DNA of 64,000 nucleotides from contig OX597815.1 in the NCBI GenBank assembly GCA_951406725.2, forward strand, positions 26,474,001 through 26,538,000, in the 5' to 3' direction. The stretch's first letter is position 1. The number at the start of each line of letters is the position of its first letter. Positions 56,041-64,000 of this stretch are shown piece by piece. Made by a program: the position numbers and the translations under genes. This DNA is from Octopus vulgaris. Its lineage: Eukaryota. The notes beneath the pieces are model-generated. The model was not told where the DNA came from. It ran no database searches and saw only the letters and a program-made list of their open reading frames with translations.

Positions 56041-56046
56041 AAAAAA

Positions 56047-56255
56047 TGGGACAAGAACGCAAAACATTTAGAAGACGATACAAAAAACACGGACAGGACA
56101 TTCGAAGCCTTCAATCTTTAGTCAAGAACCGGATCATCCTCGCAATTTCGGGTGATTAATCTTGATTAATCCGGTTCTTGACTGAAGATTGAAAGCTTCG
56201 AATGTCCCGTCCGTGTTTTTGTATTGTCTTCTAAACGTTTTGCGTTCTTGTCCCA
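56047..56255. repeat. Long inverted repeat (about 88-bp arms, 34-nt spacer) embedded in (TA)n
   Basis: 56047-56134 is the reverse complement of 56169-56255 with about 6 differences. Confidence 0.93.
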
Positions 56256-56321
56256 GTTTGTATTTTTTTTTTACATATACATATATATATATATATATAG
56301 CGACGCCCGTAGCCTTTTGGT

Positions 56322-56371
<50 letters not shown>

Positions 56372-56840
56372 TGTGTACATAATGTTAGAACTGTTATATA
56401 AGAAATAACAACCATATTACAATGACACGCACAGTAAAGTGGGTCACGCAACCATAATTAGGTTTAGTCGATGGCTCTACAAACTTCTTCGGTGTCCAGT
56501 ATAGCAAGGCGCGAAACACCAAACTCAGGATAGGCTAGAGTGCCGAGTAAAGGTCAAATAATAACAGAAAAAAATAAAGAAGAAAATAATCAGATAACAG
56601 GTGTGGTAGTGAACGTTTTATAAGACATACACGTATTGGTCATACATATATATTTGTATGTAAATTTGTATGCAAATGTACATACACATATACGTATGTC
56701 ATTGCGTGGGTGTGTGTATGTATGGATGTAGGTGTATGTATGGATGTATATACCAGTATGTAGGTGTACGAATGTGTGAGTACTTATATATATGAATGCG
56801 TACGTGTATGTAAATGTTTCTACTTGTGCATATATATATA

Positions 56841-56921
<81 letters not shown>

Positions 56922-57020
56922 TTGATAGAAATGGTAAACAACAAAAGAATGAGAGAGACCTTGATATTATGTAAATAGAGGAATTTATCTGTAAATGTAA
57001 TATGTGACAATTATTCGGTA

Positions 57021-57093
57021 GGCATGATAAAACTCAGAGTTTCGGATGTCGGAGTGGAAATCCACGCTGCCATCTCTCTTCAGTTATCCGGCC
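57021..57093 (-). ncRNA. Type I hammerhead-ribozyme-like motif with canonical core, in a probable Penelope terminal fragment (about 56920-57115)
   Basis: Minus strand reads GATAA-CTGAAGA-GAGATGGCAGCGTGGATTTCCACTCCGACATCC-GAAACTCTGAGTT-TTATC. Helix I is GATAA/TTATC, helix II is GATG/CATC plus GTGG/CCAC, helix III is ACTC/GAGT, and the triplet is GUU. Confidence 0.7.
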
Positions 57094-57129
57094 ATCGGAA
57101 AAAATGCTACAGATACATATAAAGGCTAT

Positions 57130-57191
<62 letters not shown>

Positions 57192-57643
57192 TGGTGCGTA
57201 TGCGTGGATGCGTGGATGTGGATGTACACTTACACATGTGGGTTTTTTAGTACTAACTATGTATATATGTGCATATTAAATTTAAGTGTGGACACGTATG
57301 TATGCGTATATGTATCTATGCGTGTGTGTGTTTACGTACTTGCACGTTTTTGTTCGTGATTCTGTGTCCTTTGTATCAGATGTGTATTTATTTATTTGTC
57401 TGTCCTTAATTGATTTATGGCCTGCTGACCTCCAAATCTCAGTCGCTCGGACTTCCTTTAAAGACAGGCTTTATTTCTCTCTTTTCCTCCCTCTCTTTTT
57501 CTCTCTTTCTCCTTTCTCTCTCTCTCTCTCTCTTTCTCATCTTTCGGATTTGAAAGTGGTGTGGCACTTTCGTACTTCCTTCATGCAATCCTTTATTTGT
57601 TATTTATTTGACGTACGCGGCTTGATCATTTTCAATACGAGGG

Positions 57644-57700
<57 letters not shown>

Positions 57701-57892
57701 AGCTCCTACATTGTTGTATTTATGACAGGACACTGATGAGGTGTTTTTACATTACTGTATAATGTTTCTACACTGTTATGTAATTATTTAGGCATTTTAC
57801 CGAAATGAGTGTATGAATGCGTGTATGAAGCTTTGCATACCACAGTTGTTTTCTGACTATCATTTCTCTCTCTCTCTCTCTCTCTTTCTCTT

Positions 57893-57923
<31 letters not shown>

Positions 57924-59188
57924 CTCTCTATCTCTCTTCATGCGTGTGTGTGTGTGTGTGTGTTTAAGGATTAACTATGCTTTCAGAATCCACTTCACCA
58001 AGATTCTTCAAATTGTTTACAGAAATACCTAGAAATGTTTCTAATTGTGTTTGGACAGCAGTGTAATATATATATATAAGATCCAGGGATCGAGGTGTAG
58101 GAAGAAAGTTAGCTTCAAGCAATCCGTAGTAAACATAAAAAACAACTTTCAGGGACAATATTTCCTCACCCTCTTCTCTCCACATTATCTTTTTCTCAAA
58201 TACCACTCCCTTTGCTAATCTCTGTGATTCGGCCAAAACAGCCCTATTGATTATTACCGGTCAAATGACCTTGCTCAAATTCCGCATCCCTTTCACTCCT
58301 TTATAGTTTTTTTTCCTTCTTTTAATTCTTATTTCTCTCTACGTTTATATTCTCCTACTGTGCTCTCTTCGCATTCTGATTGAATCTTCCAACGTGTCAA
58401 CATGTACCTCCATGCGACAATGTAAACTTTCATTTAATCAAGATATCCTTGGCCTAAAGAGTAGCCTTCGGTATACACCTCGCTTGGATATTTACCAATT
58501 CCGAGGTTCCACTCGCTATGAAACATATGTAGCCCGGATCTTATCTACTCCATTTCTTAACTCTTGTGTGCATATATAAATATGAATGATACAATTTGGG
58601 ATTGGTTAAATCGCTGCCCACTCGCAGAATTTCTCACATTGCTCCAGTGTTAGAAATCAATATTATGAATATATAATTATTATATTAAATTTAATATTTG
58701 CCGTTTGAAAATTAATTCATTCAATAGTATATTTAGCGTTGTTAGAGAATTTCTAAGAATGGTAAGCCTAAATGATGTAATAAATTCTTAAGTCAGAAAG
58801 GTTAAATATTTCAATTTTAAAACACATTTCTGTTTAGTCTGATAACAAGGACCTTTGATATGATGATGGATTTCAATGGCGCTTATTTAGTGAAATACTT
58901 TGAAAATCTATCTCTGTGTTTTTGATCACAAATATTTATCGCAAAAGATATTCAAAGACATAAAGTAGAATAAAAAAAAACAAGAACATTGCAATAGAAT
59001 GAATGACCTTGTAATCATTGTCTAATTTTTCAGTTTAATGAAACTTTTTGTAATAAAATTGAGAATATCAAGTGTTGAGAGATTCTGTTGGAGTACAAAC
59101 ATTGTTCAGGCACACTTGACATGCAAGGTTCTAAATTACAATCACTTAAAATAGACATGTCATACAACCAGGTTTTTCCCCACCTCTT

Positions 59189-59272
<84 letters not shown>

Positions 59273-60893
59273 TATGTATGTATGTGTGCATGTGTGTGCA
59301 TGTGTGTGCGCACGCGAGCGCTTGTGTGTGTGGGTGCATGTTTATACATATGTTAACTTTTCTCAATATTGTTCACATTACGCTATTTGGCGATGTCAAT
59401 CAATATTTAATATATAAACACAGTAATATATTGAAATTTTGTAGACAGTTTGTGTACCTTTAGTTCTTAACTCTATTTAAAACCTAGTTGAAGACTTTAT
59501 AAGAGAGGAATATCTGATAAACAAGTTTTATCACCAGATTTTCTACTAAGATTTTTTTTCAAGCAGCCTCTGTTTTGTTTTATACGTTGATTGCATCTTG
59601 ATAAAATTATCCACATATTTTATTTTAGTTTTTTTGCTTGTAATTTTTTTCTTTTCATTAATTTCGGCTCAAACTGAAAGTTGTTATGAAGTCTGATTTA
59701 CGTCAAAAATGCTTCTCTTCATCATCAGATTTACTATTCACTACTAGCACCATCCATCTATCCTACACAACCATCCTCACATGAAATCCTGTGGCAGTTA
59801 GTTAATATTGTCATTGAGTACAGAAGAATGATGGTGGACGAAAGAAAGGCAGCGGTTAAGATGACTAAAAAGATTCTGCAAAAAATATATATCTTATGCT
59901 GTTTTCTTGATCCTGTAACCGGCTTATTCAAATATATCAATACATAGAAATAAGCAATGACAACAAAAAATGGCTGCATGTTGGAATATTGTCAAGTGTA
60001 AAATAAAAGTCAAAGATGATGATAGTTAACTGGTGAAAAGGAATAGAGTAAAAACTTTCAGTAAAAAAATAAAAGATAAGTAGTAGGCAATACAGAAGTG
60101 ACTTGTTTAAATTGCGTCTATTGAGCACTTTATCTGAAATAGAACTAATAAGGTAACGAAAGGAGATAAATATCGAGATTCTGGTGATAGGCGTAAGTAA
60201 TAAAGGAAATAAAACAAAGAAACACATTTTTAAAAATGAGAAGAAGCATTTGAACTAGTTCAACAAGATGGCGCTTTTCACTTAAATTCTATATTAGCAA
60301 AAAAATTACAACTGCGAATCGATACATACACACAAACATATACATGTGAATGGGTATGTGTGACTGTCTCCACATATATGTGTGAGAGTGTATGCATGTG
60401 TAAAAGTGTGCGCGCGCTTGTATGTATGCATGTATGAATGCATACATGCATACATATAGATATTTATATACACATACATGTACATGTACACACACACATA
60501 CACACACATAAACACATATGAGTTTGTGATAGGAAGAGAAAAAGGGAATTGTATGAATGGATTAAGTATATTGCTTATATAAACTCAATTCGTTTCTCAT
60601 GGTTCAAGTTTCATGTCACTGCGATCTTCAGGCGAGAGATTTATCATTTAAAGAAACTGCTGTTGTTACTCCTGTGTTATTCTTCGAAACTTGAGATACC
60701 AATAAATAAGCTCACGTGGATGAATTATAAAGATATATATATACATATATATGTGTGTGTGTATGTGTATTTGTGTTGGTATGTGCACGTATATTCATAC
60801 ACATAGAAATATACATACACATACATATATATGCATACATATATATATATATATGTCCATATATATCTATGTATGTGTTTGTATATATTCATT

Positions 60894-60998
<105 letters not shown>

Positions 60999-61113
60999 CG
61001 TGCGTGTGTCTGTGCAGCTATATATGCATTTATATGATTGTGTATATGTGTGTATGTGTATGTATGTATGTTTATACATATACATATGCAGACATGTAGA
61101 TGTATATATAGAT

Positions 61114-61144
<31 letters not shown>

Positions 61145-61950
61145 CATATATGTACATGTATATATTTATATACATATACATACATACATACATATATATG
61201 TATGTATAAATCTACATACATTCATATATCTATATATATATATACAACTATATATATATATATGTGTGTGTGTGGGTGAATATGCATTGATCTACATGCA
61301 CTTATAAGTTTGTATATCACAGTTCCAAGAAATAGATAACAGCAACCACAACAGCAACAAATACGTTGAAGACTCGAGTGTATAACAAAAATAAAAAGAC
61401 AACAGTATAAAGAATAGTAGTCAGCTAAAGAAGAGCTACATAAGAAGACAAGAGCAGAACATCCTGCTTGTTTCTGTCTTGTTGAGTTACAAGCAAAGTG
61501 TACAAGTGTTGTGTACAGTATGGATGTAACTAGTTGACATGTCTCCTTCAATGGCCACTTGGCAATATCATTGCTTTTTCTGTGCTACAATTATGGCTGA
61601 CTGCATCCGATTCACTTGTACAGTGGTGTATGAGATTTTTTTTTTTGTATGCTGTCGATTGAAACATACTGTGTATGAATGCAGAATTTGAAAAAAGAAA
61701 AAAAACGAACATTTTAAAGCAAATTTCAAATGTAAGCAGCGACTTCTTTGCTTTTCAGTTTATGACTTTCTTTATTCGTGTATTCATAGGGATCTTTTCT
61801 TTCTCCTTTTTCTCTATACCTCTCTTTTTCTATCTCTCTCAATCTCTTTCTCTTTCAGTCTCATACACACATACACTCAACCATGAATATATAGATATAT
61901 CTGTTTATTACTTTATACTTGTATTCATATATGTGTGTATGTATTTGTGT

Positions 61951-62012
<62 letters not shown>

Positions 62013-62634
62013 GTCACTGATATTTAAATTTTTTTCGTCTGTTTTCCCTGCTTGCCTTCCATATATTTTTTTTCTTCTTTCAAGAATTATCTCTTGTCTT
62101 GAAATATCTTCTTTATTCGTTATTATTCATTTTTGTCTTGTATTCAAGATGTATGCTTCGTTGAACTAAAGTTATCGCGTGGACCTTGTTTGCCAGCTAA
62201 AATTAATTTTAAATGGGAAATAACCTTCCATTTTTTTCTAAACTGTCATTTTTGACTTTTATTTATTATGATGAGGCTAATTTTATGTTTGTTTAGTTGT
62301 TCTTGTATAAGTTGTGTTTTTTGTTTTTGTTGGTATTTCTGTTGTTTTTTAAACTTTGACAACAATGAAGTATCAAGGAAATTGCACTTTGTGTGTATAT
62401 ATATGTATGCATGTATATTTGCAGATATATGTGTCTATGCGCATATATAAACCTGTGTGTATGCATATATATTCATACGAGTGTGTGCTAATGCATATAT
62501 TTCTGTGTTTGTATGTTTGCTTGTGTATGTGCGCGTGTGTGTGTGTGTGTGTGTGTGCGAGCACATACGATTTCAAAATATAAAAAAATGCTGTTTATAT
62601 TCCTTTGTTTGAAAGGAAAATGGAAATGGATGGT

Positions 62635-62815
62635 AGAATTGGTAGAGGACCAGCTAAAAATATATTGCAGTATTATATTTTGTCACTCAAAATTAAGTGT
62701 TCAAATCCGGCGAAGTTCAACTTGCGTTTTTCAATCTTCTGGCGTGGATAAAATAAAGTACTAGTTACGTACTAGAGTCGATATGAATTTCTGGTTTTGT
62801 GCCTACATAAGAATT
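62635..62815 (+). mobile_element. SINE family A, degenerate
   Basis: GTTCAAATCCGGCGAAGTTCAACTTGCGTTTTTCAATCTTCTGGCGTGGATAAAATAAAGTACTAG. Confidence 0.6.
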
Positions 62816-62888
62816 CGATATTCCTTTTCCTTTGTTAGAATATGATAGAAATAATGCTTTTTATTGTGGAAGTCTTATAATTTTGTTA

Positions 62889-63060
62889 GGAGTAGGAGTA
62901 GCTGTGTGGTAAGTAGCTTGCTTACCAATCACATGGTCCTGGGTTCAGTCCCACTGCGTGGCACCTTGGGTTACTGTCTTCTACTATAGCCTCGGGCTGA
63001 CCAAAGCCTTGTGAGTGGATTTGGTAGACGGAAACTGAAAGAAGCCCGCCGTATATATGC

Positions 63061-63095
<35 letters not shown>

Positions 63096-63290
63096 TTTGT
63101 CCCCCCCCCCAACATCGCTTGACAACCGATGCTGGTGTGTTTACGTCCCCGTAACTTAGCGGTTCGGCAAAAGAAACCGATAGAATAAGTACTAGGCTTA
63201 CAAAGAATAAGTCCTGGGGTCGATTTGCTCGGCGAAAGGCGGTGCTCCAGCATGGCCTCAGTCAAATGACTGAAACAAGTAAAAGAGAGT
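62889..63290 (+). mobile_element. SINE family B, full length
   Basis: High similarity to 48422-48830, including the internal (TG)n. Confidence 0.92.
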
Positions 63291-63763
63291 AGAACAATGT
63301 CGTACTGTACCCTTAAACCAGTTACTTTTTCTTCTACAAGTATCGTTGGCTTGACGTCGGTATAGTTTCAGGCAGACATTGAAACTGTGTTAGCTTATTT
63401 GAAACTTGCATTGTTTAACCTTAGGCCCCATAACGCCTGATAAGGTTGTTATGACATAAGACATGTCCTGAACATTTAAATCTGTCGAAGGCTTTAGCTC
63501 TCTACATTTGAAACGGTCGATTTCTTCGAGAAAGATAAGAAACGAGCTCTGTACTACTTTGTTGTTATATTTATAGCCCCTAAGATGGAAGGCGAAGTTG
63601 ACTTTGCCTGGATTTGAACTCAGACTACAGACAGCCAGATCAAATCAGTAAGCAATTTTATCCATCGCTCAAACGACTTCTCACATTCACGGCCTTGCTT
63701 CGAGCTGACTTTAGATGTATGACATTCGGAGAGAGATCTCCTTCTCACTTTTTCTCTCTCAAT

Positions 63764-63822
<59 letters not shown>

Positions 63823-64000
63823 TCTATCCCTCTCTCTTTCTCTCGTCATTTAGCAAGGTGATACTTCACCTTTATATAGTTTACTGGATAGGTCAGCCCA
63901 GTAGGATAATAACTCGTATAGAACGAAACAAAGGACCAACTTATAGATGTATATAGTGGAATTTAGATATTTACCATTCCACTCTATATAATTATTTGTC

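Noticed and set aside
56440-56500. Minus-strand CCGAAGA...GACTAAACC hammerhead-like remnant
   Set aside because: G12 is missing and helix I does not pair.
61421-61537. Peptide EHPACFCLV resembling part of a second LIM domain
   Set aside because: It lacks the upstream CxxC and the downstream Cys spacing, and ends at a stop; it is not the Lmx1 LIM2 exon.

Overview
AT-rich, microsatellite-saturated animal genomic DNA; the SINE families and the (TA)n/(TACA)n/(GATA)n load suggest an octopus or other coleoid cephalopod (inference, not verified). I find only one host coding exon: a 190-bp spliced exon (21404-21593, +) encoding the first LIM domain of an Lmx1-type LIM-homeodomain factor. I could not find its other exons by eye, so most of the window is probably large introns or flank. 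The rest is repeats: three tRNA-type SINE families (called A, B and C here), a 5'-truncated but nearly intact Tx1/L1-clade LINE (53.1-55.8 kb), CR1-like, R4/Dong-like and Penelope fragments, two mariner relics, a non-autonomous Helitron, and an 8-bp-TSD MITE carrying telomeric repeats. The most notable signal is four hammerhead-ribozyme-like motifs of the minimal Penelope type, one with a compensated G3:C8 core swap and one with a canonical core. Also notable is a 3' tail shared by the CR1-like LINE and SINE B. Nearly all ORFs in the supplied track are simple-repeat artefacts. All calls were made by eye and none is database-confirmed.
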